Origin: Marsupella aquatica
Taxonomy: Eukaryota > Plantae > Marchantiophyta
Direction: 5' to 3'
DNA length: 64,000 nt
Assembly: GCA_973895155.1 (NCBI GenBank)
Contig: OZ316894.1
Location: 5,418,944 to 5,482,943, forward strand
Shown here: positions 1-13,082 of the stretch, one piece after another
How positions within the stretch are numbered: the first letter of the stretch is position 1
Layout of the letters: every line of letters starts with the position of its first letter
Notes under the pieces: model-generated
The model's database searches: none
What the model saw: only the letters and a program-made list of their open reading frames with translations
What the model was told of the DNA's origin: nothing
Translations under genes and position numbers: made by a program

Positions 1-1215
1 GAATGACAGTAAACGGTCACCAATTGAACCGTCAATCCATTTAATATGTGAGCACTTCAAAGTGAACACATCGATCTTTGCACATTTACGGAAAAGTCAA
101 ATTAGAGGCCACAAATTTGCATGGCAAAGAATGAATAAACGAATGACGACATTGCTGCTGTTTCAGATTCACTAACAGTAGATCAGATAATATTACATTG
201 ACGGAAAAACGAATTTCATAATTTCCTGAAAGATGGTTCAAATATCGAGTAGCAGGTAAAGTCAGATCGAATGAAGGCTTGTCGGACTTAAATGCCCAAT
301 TTGCACTGATTCAGAGTCCAAAAAATTGAATGGCAGGACGCAAGGAGTTGAGTGCATAAGTGCTATTTCAGGTTCATGATCAGACAGAATCATCTGCATT
401 AGTTATTAATAACGATATGGTTATGTCATGTTTACCCGCAACAAAATCCAAGCATTCAGTCAAAAATCGAACTACACAAACATTGGGAGCAAATGCATGC
501 TGGTACTGACTGCTGCTCCCTCTAGAACTTCGATCCCTCTCAAGACGCCATCGAGCTATCGTCTAAACATTTCGACGCTGATTGACGTTTATGCACTGAA
601 GAGTAAAGAAACTAGAATACCTTTGTCACCCGTTCTCCCTAGCCTTTTAATTGTGCGTCCTCACCCCGTCTGGGATGTAAATATATATGTAAATTTCTCC
701 TTCGTGGCCATGCATGGAACTCGTATAGAGTCCCATTCTGCATCGCCATGAGCAGTAGTAAGGACGTTCGGATGCACCTGCTCCACAATGCCGCTGCCAC
801 CGTACCGTCTAGCTGCTCGACTTTCACTGGCTTCGAAGTCAATGCTGCATCACAGTGTAGATCAGATCAGCACAATGAGTCAGCGAGGCTGGTTACAACG
901 TTTGCTAAACTAATTACGTCGCAGCAGCATTACTGAAGTGATTGGCGTACTTTTTATCCCATGTGCGCTATCATAAAAGTTAAGAAGCGTGCCCAATCAA
1001 GCCTGTATTTTTATCAGGGGGCCCATTTATCAACTAAGGAATCGTCTTCATCCGTCGACGTGACTTGCATGCATGTTGACTCGGACTTGCACTGATGGCA
1101 AATTCACCGAAACGTAGGCCAAACGGAGACATACCTCATCTATCCTAGCTACATGTTGACTCGTAGTGCACTGATGGGCACATTTGCGACTCCAATAGAT
1201 GTACCTCGATCACTC

Positions 1216-1259
1216 TCATTCAGGGCCATCTCAAAAAACTATTGGATGGCCCTGAATGA
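1216..1259. repeat. 15-bp perfect inverted repeat (hairpin) upstream of the SABATH gene
   Basis: tcattcagggccatc (1216-1230) / gatggccctgaatga (1245-1259), 14-nt loop. Confidence 0.85.
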
Positions 1260-1552
1260 ATGAGTGAGGCCATGTTGACTCAAAAAACTTACTAGCGGTT
1301 CTGGTGGACTAGTGGTTATGACAACTTACTGTATACCATTAACGCCTAGTACGTCACTGCAAGGCCGTCATTCTCTCAATTGCCGTGGAGAAAACGAGTT
1401 CTCTCACTCTCGCCTCCTGGACCACTGCCATAGCCAGAAGGATATATAGTTATGGGCTATATATATGTCAACGTGTATGGACTTCATAATGTAACACTAG
1501 CTGGTATATTATATACTGCTTCAATCTCGTCGACCTGGATCTCGTTACAGCA

Positions 1553-3244
1553 ATGGGTTCTGAAATAGCACACGATGTCATTTCTAAGGCACCTGGCCGT
1601 ACTAGCACTGCTCCACCAGCCAAGCCAACTTTGTCGTCGTCCTCTATGCAGCAGAAACAACAACCTGCTGTTGAGAAGGTGTTCGCAATGGGCCAAGGAG
1701 ACGGGGAGGAGAGCTACAGTAAGAACTCAGGATACCAAGCAACTGTCAACAAGATATCGCGATCAATTCTCGGGGAAGCACTCGAAAAACTGAATCTTTC
1801 CTCTGAGCGAGGCCCCGTGGTTGTGGCAGATTTGGGCTGCTCTTCCGGTAGTAACTCAATCGTCAATGTAGACCTCATTGTTGACAAATTAAGACGGCGG
1901 TTGACCCAAGATGTACATTTCCAAGCTTTCTTCAATGATCTTCCTTCCAACGACTTTAACAATCTCTTCCAACTGCTAAGTACTAACAAAAGAAGCGGAG
2001 CTGATATGTATTTCGCCGCTGGACTTCCGGGTTCGTTTTTCGGTCGGCTTTTCCCGTCGTCGTCTGTTCACGTGTTCCACTCGTCCCTGAGTGTACATTG
2101 GATGTCTAAGGTATGTCTACCTTTAATGTGGTCGTTAGTTATGGGCTCTCTCCATCTATCAATGTTTATACTGGAACAATCTACTGTACAATTCGCGTAA
2201 CTATCCGGAAATGATAAATAAATGGAATAGAATAGAATAGAATATATAGTTTTTCAGGCAAGCTAATACAGTACGTACAACATCAGCAGTGACAACTTGT
2301 GATGTTGTACCCAAAAACATTCATTGTGCTTAAAGGAAATCAATGAAATTAATAAGGATTGTAGGGCAGCTAAGCACAAGTAGTCATATATGGTTGGGCA
2401 TCTAAGAGCTCATTCATGCTCATTCAAGAGATCGTTGCGGTTTGCAGGTCCCTGATGCAATTGAAGATGAGGACTCCCCTTCATATAACAGAGGAAACCC
2501 ATGGACAACAAATGCGAGCCCAGCTGTGGCAAGAGCATATCATCAACAAGCTTCACTTGACATGAATAACTTTCTCCAAGCTAGAGCAGCAGAGCTGGTT
2601 TCGGGAGGTGTGTTGTTCTTCTCTTTTGTTGGAAGATCGACAGTGGAAGCAAACAAGCCAACGAATGATCTGATGACCACATTTTTTATGGATTTAGTTC
2701 AAATTTGGAGGGATCTGGTCGCAGAGGTAAGCAATTCTCAAAAATCTCATTCAGCTTCTCGATTCTTCTTATTTTCTTGAACCTCCTTCCCGCTGTTGAG
2801 TTGTAGAACTCTGATGAGTACGTACTGAGTTCAATATCTCTAAATTAATTAATAAATTAAGTCCATGATCCTGTGCAGGGTCTCCTAACTGAACAAGAGC
2901 TTGACAGCTTCAACTTCCCATGCTATGTACGTAGCGTTGAAGATATACGGCAAGATTTAGAAAGCTGCGGTTCCCTGTTCGATGTGCTGACAGCCAAAAT
3001 TCATAGACTTGAAGTCAGTGCCTATGAAGTCTTTGCAACCTCAGACGCCACTGTCATTTCTTCAAAGATGAAGTGCATGCTCAAATCTATCGTGAACAAT
3101 ATCTTGGAAGCTCATGTAGGCGTAAAAGCTTCGAAGGTCATCTGGACACGATATGAGGGATTAGTCGCCGAAAGGATACGAATGCATCCCGAAAATCTCC
3201 TGATAAGGAATGCGATATGCTTTGTAAGTCTGATCCGTAAGTAA
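1553..3244 (+). CDS. SABATH-family SAM-dependent carboxyl methyltransferase (Methyltransf_7), 3 exons: 1553-2110, 2448-2726, 2879-3244 (~400 aa)
   Basis: Motifs MGQGDGEESYSKNS, VADLGCSSGSN, FFNDLPSNDFNNLF, GLPGSFFGRLFP, SLSVHWMSKVP, FLQARAAELVSGG, LDSFNFPCY. GT-AG introns join all exons in phase 0. Confidence 0.95.
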
Positions 3245-6200
3245 AGTCAACCGTCCCATAAGCAATGGATGGCTTAGTGATCGATACAGCCTCCGCGTGT
3301 GTGATTGACTGTGATTAACACTTTAAGTGCCAAAACGTCCTATAGATAAGCAAAAGACTGTTTTGCTTGCTTTATTTTTCTTGTCATGTCCCCAAGTGGG
3401 TCACTTCGGGTCATTTCCGTGGCATGGCATTTTGTTGGAAGCTGCTTGCATCCATTCTTACAAAATTTTGAATCTATTCTCTTAATTAACACACCGGGAA
3501 CAGTAAGTTCACTGGAATCAGTTTTATTCTGGTCGAGTCTCTCGCCATTAATTCTGGCAACATAGCAAGGATTCCTGTTTCTGACCAGCTCCCTTAATTT
3601 CGCCACGACCCCACACTGAGGGCGACGTGAATTAAATACTCGTTGCATATCCCCATCGATCAAGCATCCACTCCAGCGCAAGGTGAACGCCACTATTGAG
3701 ACGAAACGTACCACAAGCACCTGAGAATGACCACAATCGACCTGATCCTCCCCTTGCGTGTTCCAACCTTCTACTTCGATAGCCTAATCGTTTCAGATCT
3801 GATGCGCACCGCTCTTCTCCCTCGTTGTCTACGCCACACGCACTAATAATATAGATTTAGTTTTTCCTGAATAAAACACATCCGGTCTGTCTTATATTGG
3901 GACGTTTTATATAGTGAAACAGAAAGTTTTCATTTTGACCATTGATATATATGACGTCATCCAGTTTTCGTAGGCAAGATGAACCAGATTGTTATAATAG
4001 AGATTGTTCAGAGTGATCTTTCTTCCTGTTAGCTGCTCTCATCGTCCCCTGCGACACATTATTTCTCCGGATCTGAGACTAGCTGACACTCATTCTTACA
4101 CAAGAAACTGATTCTCAACTAGATTTGTTACGTGTATCGATTGTCAAGCACGATATGCTACATACATATACGATATCGACATGTCTCCGGAATGTTATCG
4201 TGTCAGTCGATCCAAGTTGTTGACGACAGTATGCAGGACGTTGTGGAAACCGCTGCGGAATTACTTATTACTCCGTAGAAGGCTATACTTACACACGGCT
4301 TCAAGTGGACTACGTACTGGACCCTAATCAAGCGCCCTTCTGTCAACAAGATAGACATAAAGGTCTGGAAACATTTTCGTATCGAAGCTTCCTTGATATA
4401 AACAGCATGCCAGGATATATCTGATCTCAGAAGGTCAAAAGTTATACGATTCCAAATTCATCTTAACCCCCACGTACTCAGTCCAGCTTGAGACCAAGAC
4501 TGAGTTGCACTGTCGGCCGTCGAGTGTAGTCTAGCAAGGGTGAGCTTTCCCGTCAGTAACGTTCCTGTCATATGATTGAAATGTGAATGATTCAGTCTCC
4601 TGTTTGAATATTTAAAATCATGTAGATTATTTTTCGAACAGCATAACTTTGGTCTGAGGATCTTTAATAACACCATTGTGAGAGGTGTTAGTATAGAAAG
4701 CCATGCAGCCAAAAAATGTGCCCGCTATATAATCATACCAGCAGAGTGTTCGCCCACGGGACGTCTGTGTCTGTGCTCAATGGTTCGCAAGGTTTAATTG
4801 TCGAAGCAGGCATGGGGAGAAGATCATTGAAGTCGATCAATCCGGAAACCTGAATCTTTGGGAAACCAGTCTCAGTCTGACAAAACTGAGATATCCATTG
4901 ACACCTCAAAGAACTGCCGAGAGAAATGCCACAACCACAGGATCCAGCTCACACGAGAGAGTACCGTTTTCGATTCCTACATCGAGAGATATATGATTGC
5001 AACACCGGCCACGTCCGCCAGCGCTGTTCACCAACCACTTGCAACCACTGAAATGGATTGCATTAAGTCTTCTCCACAACAAGAAGTGGCATTTTTATTA
5101 GCACTAGTCGCCAATAAACGACAAATGGCCTAGGTCTATCCCGAGATCCATTATTTTCCCTAATTGAGCCTTCACTGGTTTCCCCGCCTTTGAGCCGGGG
5201 GGCCAAGTTGCTTCTCCCACAGTGCCCCTTTGGCCTGTCTAGCTTTTGATAGTTGCCCTGACTACCACGTACTGGTCGAGATTGTACTGGATTGTAAACG
5301 AAATACTTGATGTGGGCCATCCCTAAAACAGCACCCAATGAGTCATTTTCTTTCAATAGGTGTTTCCTGGGGCCCTGTCGTCCATGTAGTGCGGACTTCA
5401 CATTTTCGAGTCTCGTCCATGTAGGCACAGGCAAGCGTCACGCAAACGTGGTCAGGCTCCACAACATGTACAAGGATCAGTCTTTGTTTCGGCCCGTCTT
5501 GAGTCCTTAGGGTCGTGCGGGGCAGGATCATGGCTGGAACACGCATTCAAGTGGGAGTGGGAGGCTAGGAAGAAATTAACCTCTATGGATTAATTTGTAT
5601 GAGTGGTTTTGCACATGTTTCTGTGTGTGCATCAATTCAACTTGTTCGCAACAGAGAAAATGGAGCTCCAGCCAGTCAACTTCACTGGGTTGCCTGCTAG
5701 GTGAGTGCATCGTTGACGTTATGCTGGCGCCAGGCTCCAAGGATTTGGTGGCTGGATCATATTATAGGCGAATGCTCTAATGAGGTCGATCAACAACCCC
5801 ATTCACCTCAAAGTTTTGATGCCTAGCCAACCCTTTACCGCAACCATGGTTTTTGCCGGTCTTCCAAGCTAGACAGTCTTCCCCACTGGTGCCACCATCC
5901 AGTAACTTTATGCAGCGATTACGATATTATTTCACTGGCTCCCAACCTCCATTTACAGGCAGAAAGGCGGTCGTGAGGTAGTGCTTCTCCACCAACCTGC
6001 TGCATATAAATCTACGATTGTCCAAAGCACATGGCAGCATCTCTTCGAAGGTCAGCCTTTGAGCCAGAAACCAACAGATTGGTTATCTTGCGACAAGCTC
6101 AACTCCGGCCTGTGTACGTTGGCTAATCGAGCACAGTCAAGTAAGTTCCTTGGAGTATTCAGGGATGGCGTATATATTGATTTCATACGTGACCGGTGGG

Positions 6201-7329
6201 CTTTGGCGAGTTTTGCAGGTGCAGGCATATTGGGGCCCATGTCCATGGCATTGAACGGTGCTTTTTGGACGTGGTTTGCAGCCACTGAATTAAAGGCTGG
6301 AGCTGCTCTATACCACCTAAATAAAAACGGAAAGGTTGACAAGATGTAAGGATGGGACCCGAGGGGCTGTAATTGGCCGAGCAAGGTTTAGTTTTAGTGT
6401 GCCTGGGGCCTAAAAACAACCCTAAAATATTGTCACATTGTAAGAATAAAGAGATGTCCATCACTTAGCTGATATGGTCTAAATACACGACGTATATACC
6501 ATTAGGAACATGCATAATTATACTCCAAGGTACCCGACATCCCTACAATATGTCTGTGTTACATTTCATTCACGTTTCTTTAAACCACACGTGTCCAAAT
6601 AAAAGTCTCATTAATTACCTCTCTCACTACTCCTCATATATTCCTGTCCCTTGTGAACATTGTCTCACCATAAAAGGTGGAGCACTTGCCAATAAAAGGT
6701 TATGCACCCCATTTTGTGGACCTCGAGCCCATTCCTGAACTTTAGATGAGAGCAATGGGTGACCTGCTCGGTAACCCGTAGCTTGTTATACTTAGGTGCA
6801 CTGATGGTTTAATTAAGTGCATCCAAGATTGAAGAGAATTGACTCTGCCGATATGAAATTTGTGCCTCTTGGTTTGCTAGGACTCTACCATTGGCACAAT
6901 TATCATGGAAGCACTCACTTGAATGTCGAAAGTACAAAAGTTGTCCCATGAGTCAAATGTGCAGCAGAATTTGATCATGTCACATGGGACTAGTATGCAC
7001 TGCTACGAGCAAAGCCCTGCAGTCCAATCACCACAAAGATAGAGTCTCAGCTGAAGCACCTTGGCTGTCCATTTGTCCAGTGGGTGTAATGAGAGTGGGC
7101 AGGGAAAGTTTGGTGCACCTCAGACTATTTTGAAGCTCGGCCACTTCACTTCCACAAAAATAGCACATCACGATGGCCTCCAGATAGTGAGAACGAGAGT
7201 GAGACCCCGATTTGTGATTGAGGGAAAGATTTTGGCCGAGAAGGCTTGGGGTCGACCTCACTTCTTTTCTTCCGACCCATTGCGCGCGAAGAAGTTAGAG
7301 GCAGGGTTAGAGGTTTATTAATTCAACTG

Positions 7330-7575
7330 TGGAAGACTTTAAAAATTTGTTGATTGATAAAATATAAGGATGTTTTAATCCAATTTATGAGAAATATAAG
7401 AACTGTAGGATTTTTTTAATACCAAATATGAAAATAGTCCTAGAATATTCCTAAAGTCAGGGGTTAAAAATAGTAAAAAATTACTTTATTTTCTTAAGTT
7501 TTAGGGTGTTTATTACTTGAAAACTGTGAGTGTGTTATGGGACCTCCCTTGGAGCTAGTGAGGCCCCGAGCGACA
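7330..7575 (+). repeat. Dispersed AT-rich repeat, copy 1 (related copies at ~55040-55260 direct and ~38890-39030 inverted)
   Basis: Shared blocks ttttaatcca.ttatgagaa, ctagaatatt..taaagt.aggggt.aaaa, tttagggtgt, atg.gacc.cc.ttggag..gtgaggccc. Confidence 0.6.
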
Positions 7576-8397
7576 AGGGAGACCTCATGTAGGGAAAAAA
7601 CTCAGCTTGTGGGGAGCAAATGATCACGCAATATTGGTCCAGCCCTAAACAGAAACCCTTAGTTACTAAACTGTGCATTACGGTCCCGAATCATGGTTGA
7701 CCGTATGTCGACCAGCTAGTGTATGTGGGGAGGCATACGAGAGGCCATTTAGTCATTGCCCACCTCAGAACCTTGGTAAGTTATCAAGCGGGTGGTTTCA
7801 ATTTATGTTGACCACGAACAGGCCATCAATGCTCTGGCTCATACCAGAAACATGGATCATGCCATCTAGACGCACCGGGAGACGCACTGATTCTTCCGCA
7901 CTTGCACAACCAAGGAATTAAATGTATGAAAATATGAATGGCACTTTAGGCCAAATATAACCATTATACTATATAAAGTGGTGATTTGACAGATTTTGAT
8001 TACTAGTCAACTGCTGCCTTTTTCTTGTCTAGTCAACTGCTGCGGCCTTTTCTGGTCGCACTAAATAGCTAGGTTACTGGTCCACTGTTTAGCACAAGAG
8101 GCTGGACCATTGCTCTCCTTTGTGTGCATTTAATTGTGAGTTCTGTGGTCTATTGCTCTGACTACAGAATGGCTGAAATTGGCAAATCTTAAGGCCAAGG
8201 CCTTGGGCAGCTACTTTAATAGTTGGCAGGTTCTCAAGTCTTTCTGAGTAGAGAACCCGGTAGAGAATCATATGTTGAAAATGTTCTTGACTCAATTTGC
8301 ATGCTTTCAAATAATTTGTCCCAGCAATTCACCCTGTAGGCAATCACTATATAAGCTATAAGGATTATTGACTTATATATATTACATTTCTTTGAAA

Positions 8398-9210
8398 CAG
8401 CTTTTTACTATATATCCTGTCCCCCAAACTGAGCTAAATTACTAACCTACCCCCAAAATTATTTTAATTGCTAGGTTGCCCCCCCCCCCCCCATATTGTA
8501 TATCTGGGTTACATTAACCATTTCACTTAGCCCACACTAGGGTGATTTCTCATTGGTGGACTAACATGTGGCAAGACTATATTGGCTCCGCCTTACCCTG
8601 GCCAAGCTTACCCTCACGTGGCTAGCTCTTTCCCATGTTTTGAACAAGACTTGCACCGACCAGGGCTGGCCCCTCCCCCTCGCAACTTTCAATCCCAACT
8701 TGGATCCCAATTACACTGATGACCTGGCTGGCTGAGTGCTGCATTTTTCCCTTCAAAAATTGGGTCCCATATTCCATAGGTGCCTGATGATCCTTGGGTC
8801 CTGACGATCCACCCACTCCCACTTTTCTGAAGGAAAGAGGCCCGATAGTATACATATTTTCCATGTGAAAACAAATCCACATTTGGGCCTACTTCCGGAG
8901 TTGAGCTGGGTCATCAGGATCTAGAACTCGAGAGGGGGACGGGCCGGCCAGCCCTGTTTGGTGTGGGCTCATTCAAAAAATGGGAAAGAGCTATAGTAGC
9001 CCGGTGAGGGTAAACTCAGCCAGGGTAAGGCAGAGCCAATAGTGCCTCGCCATGTGTTAATCCACCAATGAGAAATCACCCAAGCCTGGGTTAACTAAAA
9101 CTGTTAATGTAACCCATCTATACAATATGGGGGAAACCTAGCAATTAAAATAATTTTGGGGGTAGGTTAGTAATTTAGCTCAGTTTGGGGGACAGGTTAG
9201 TAAGAAGCTG
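8398..9210. mobile_element. Non-autonomous foldback / Mutator-like MITE with ~290-bp terminal inverted repeats
   Basis: 8398-~8685 is the reverse complement of ~8925-9210 (e.g. cctgtcccccaaactgagctaaattactaacctacccccaaaattattttaattgctaggtt). Flanks ttctttgaaa (8388-8397) and ttctttcaaa (9211-9220) form a 10-bp TSD with 1 mismatch. No ORF. Confidence 0.8.
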
Positions 9211-10057
9211 TTCTTTCAAATTGTCCTAGCAATTCACTCTGAGTGTACAAGCAATTGAAAATCTATACAAACCTTGAGAGGTCAAAATCAAATTTACCAA
9301 GAATTGCCTAAGTTTTTAATACACATTTCTTTTGCTCTGAAGTGTAATAAAATACAATTTTTTTTTGAGTGCTCCTAATAGTTTGTGGTTTCTAGCAGCT
9401 GAGTACTCTAATTGTGTTTCAATGATTAAGTCGTTTGCTTCCGCTAGTTAGTACATAACATTTTCAAAAGTGTTTGTAGCCACATACATGCCATGTGGAT
9501 TTTTTTTGCATGCAATGTCACACTTTGTAGCTTCTCTTGGTCCATGAACAGAAGTGTATGGCTGATGGCCAGGGTCTGCTGCTGTTGTCTTGCCCCTAAC
9601 TGGCTCACATTCAAAGGCCCATCCAACAAAGGATAAACCTTTTGCTCCAAAGCATGTGATTTGATGTAGGGTAGCCACAAGGGGACAATACCCAGGGTGG
9701 GACCCAGGGCTCCACCTAGACCGAGGGAAAGAGGGTTCCGGAGAGGGTTGAACCAGGGCCAGCCAGGGGCTGAGGATAAACCAGGACTCCGACCACTATA
9801 AGGTTGAATTTAGAACCTCTCAGTTCTAGGCTCATCTGCTGGCCAGCTGACCTAAGCCAAATTTTTTAACAGACCTTCTAGTTCATGCAAGTGGTGGAAT
9901 GCAGACTACTCAAAGCTCTCCTGGAAATGATGCCCGAAATGATGTGATGGACCGTTCTTGCTTGGGGAATGACAGTTGAGGTCTTGTACAAAGCAAATCA
10001 GATGGGAAATCAGGAAGCAAAATTATCAGCAAACTAGTCCGATAGTTGAAACCGGGC

Positions 10058-10285
10058 TAGCTTCGAAACCCTTGGCTGACCCTCAGGATGCTCTAATTCC
10101 CTGGCTGACTCTGACCATGCTTCTAAACCTTTGGCTGACCCCTAGGGATGCTCTAATTCCCTGACTGGCCCTGACTATGCTTCCAAACCTATGGCTGACC
10201 CTGAGGATGCTTTAATCTGACCCAATCTGACCCTGAGCATGCTTCTAAACCCTTGGCTGACCCTGACCATGGTTTTAAACCCTTC
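10058..10285 (+). repeat. Tandem ~60-bp minisatellite (about 4 units) just upstream of the macrodomain gene
   Basis: Recurring unit gcttctaaacccttggctgaccct.aggatgctctaattccctg.ctg.c.ctgac.at. Confidence 0.8.
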
Positions 10286-10366
10286 AGACCTCGTCGAGTT
10301 AGCGGGTGCTGTCCATGGCTGCGTGGCCACGAACCCGTCTCTCTCGTTTCGTCAGCAGCCCTCGCA

Positions 10367-13082
10367 ATGCTGGCACCCCCTCTCCCGGCAGCACCGATCT
10401 CGGTTCGCCATCGCTGTTTCTTGCGAAACCCATCGAAACCCTCGCATGCAATCTGGCCTGTCGTCCCTATGAAGATCAGCCTTCGTCTCCTTCTCGATTT
10501 TGCTTCGTCCATAGGTCGCAGAAGTAGAGGTAGCTCTCGGCCTCTTCCTTATCACGCCTCTCGAAGAACAACCGCAGGAGCAAGCAGAATGGCTGATTCT
10601 GAGGCCGCCTCTGAGGGTGGTGCTGCTGCTGCTGCTGCTGCTGCTCCTGATGCTGCCGAGGCCGCTCCTGTAGTTGGTGCTGCTGATGTTACTGCTGTTG
10701 AGACCGCACCTGTTGTTGGTGCTGCTGATGCTGATACTGCTGGGGCCGCTCCTGTTGTTCGTGCTGCTGATGCTCCTGAAGCCGCTGCTGTTGTTGGTGG
10801 TGGTGATGCTGCTGAGGCCGCTGCTGTGGGAGATGATCGTGGTGATGCTGCTGTTGCTGGTGGCGGAGGTGGGCAAAGGCGAGAAGGGGAATGGTTTCGT
10901 GTTTCGGATTCCGTAACGCTGGCGCTGCACCATGGGAGCATCACCGAGTGGTTTGTGGATCGCAATACAGATGCAATCGTATGTCTTCGTGGTTTTTGTA
11001 GTCCTGTTTTGTTTGATTGTTGCTTCTAATTTCTTTCTGTGTGGTTGGCGGATGCTGTTCGATCGGAGTTTAGAGCCATTCTTGAACTTGCGGTGCTACG
11101 CCTTTCTTGAAGTTTCGTTTCTTAATTTAGTGGTAGTCAAATAGGAAGAGTAACATTGTATGTGCAACGAATGCTTTGTTTTGTGGGAAGACTCTCTCGT
11201 CCCTAGATTATTGAATTGACTTTGCGGAAATGACAGAATCTTGAGCTTTCGGTACATTCTCTGTCATGAATTCGATATGTAACGTCTTAATGGGGTCTAC
11301 TAAAATTGAATCCGCAACTACGGTACAGTCGTAAATTCTTGGTGAGCTACAACTAAGTGACTAATTATGTCAAGTGACTAACTATGTCGGATTTGGCAGC
11401 TAGCCCCCCGCATACTTATCATCATTACAGCTTGACTGGATTGATTGATTTGAAACCCAGCCTGTTCCTCCAATTGAATCCAATTCTATAGCAGAGTAAT
11501 CTGACTTGACCTAATTACATGTAATTTTATTGGGAAATTCGACACCATTCTCCCGCAGATGCTTAATGTTTTCATCACTAGATATGGACTGCATTCAGTA
11601 CTTTGAAATCCAGCCTATCGACATGTTGAATGCCGTGGAGCTGGAATAGGACATTACCAGTACGGCTATCGATTTTTTGCAACTTACTCCAGCAATTTGC
11701 TCATAACCTGAGGCTTAGGTTTTGTCAGGTGAACGCAGCGAATACAAGAATGCTTGGGGGCGGAGGCGTTGATGGAGGTTGGGAACCATGATTCAATCTG
11801 TGTTCAGCGTTGCATTGTGTATCTTCTTCGCCAAATCACTCCGGCAGCTTCTTTTCCTCTCTGAGCTGAGTGCCGCAGTCACACTCACACACGGAGTCAA
11901 TTTGACGCATACAGTTCTTTTGCAGCTATCCATAGGAAGGCGGGGCCGGAATTGTGGGAAGCCTGTAATGAGGTTCCCGAAGTGACTCGTGGTGTACGCT
12001 GTCCAGTTGGAGAAGCGAGAATAACGCCGTAAGATGCCTTATCCCCTTTCAAGGGTAGAATTGTTTTTGTTTCATGCAATCTCCAGCTCAAGTTTGACAG
12101 TCGTGAAAGTTCTTTGCAAAGGTCCAGCTCCTTACCCCTCTTGTGGAGTTGCAGGGGCTTTGATTTACCAGCCTCAAGGGTCATTCATACGGTGGGACCC
12201 ATTTACGATAGAGCGGACAATGTAGCAGTAGCAGCCCTGCTGCGTAATGCTTATAGGTAATGCCTGATGTTATATGCGATCATCTTTCACCATCCTGGTG
12301 CTATGGTGAACTGGAGAAACTTTCTTGTTACCCAAAAACGTTGAAGCCTGTGATAGATTCTGCATGGATTTGACACGTTTTGTCCCTACTGGGTTTTGCA
12401 GAAATTCCCTCCAACTTGCGATTGAACACGGGATAAAGTACATTGCCTTCCCTGCCATTTCATGCGGTGTCTTCCGGTATGTGAGAAACAATACATTCGT
12501 AATCTTTCTTACACAGAATGCATGACGAGATGCCCGTCTTGTAATTTACCGACTACATGTGAACTGCCCTTCCCTTCTGTAGGAGTACCTTGCGAGGTGA
12601 AACTTCTCTATCACTTTCTGGACAGTGGACAGACCAGTCCCACTTTCACCCAACAGAGTTCCTTTAGTACATTCGTCCTAGGCAAACATGGTTCTACTTT
12701 TAGGAGCTGTGGACGAGTTATGTGTTAGGATAGGCCACGGTCGTCAGGTTTGAAAGTTTAAGAATTGAAATTTTGCCTACTTGATGAGTGACAGTTATCC
12801 TGCTGCTGAAGCCGCGAACGTCTCGTTGTCAGTGATCGGAGAAGCATCAACTGGACTTTCAGAGGTACAGCTACAACGATAATCGTTCTTCAGAAAGTCT
12901 CGACTGGATCAAATGAAACTTTGTTCTGCTAGTGAATTGGGTTGTTAAACCAGAAGTTTAACTGTGTACTGTCACATAATAGTTTCTTCCTGTAATTTCT
13001 GCAGGTGCACTTCGTGCTCTTCGAGCAGGAAACGTATTCTAGGTGGATGCAGGAAGCTTCAAATCGGTTTGACCATATCTAA
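10367..13082 (+). CDS. MacroD-type macrodomain protein (ADP-ribose glycohydrolase / Appr-1-p processing), 7 exons: 10367-10978, 11729-11777, 11926-12028, ~12155-12256, ~12402-12476, ~12795-12864, 13004-13082; start codon uncertain
   Basis: Spliced translation gives GSITEWFVD..DAI|VNAANTRMLGGGGVDG|AIHRKAGPEL..CPVGEARITP|GFDLPASRVIHTVGPIY..AY|RNSL..IAFPAISCGVFR|YP..EAA..|VHFVLF. The N-terminus resembles a transit peptide and is followed by Ala-rich repeats. Confidence 0.92.

Noticed and set aside
5640-6384. Coding-like stretch with overlapping ORFs (5981-6349 +, 6052-6384 -)
   Set aside because: No recognisable motif or splice-consistent gene model; possibly a decayed fragment.
10352-10965. 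Antisense Ser/Thr/Ala-rich ORFs over the macrodomain exon 1
   Set aside because: By-products of the GCT-rich coding repeat on the plus strand.
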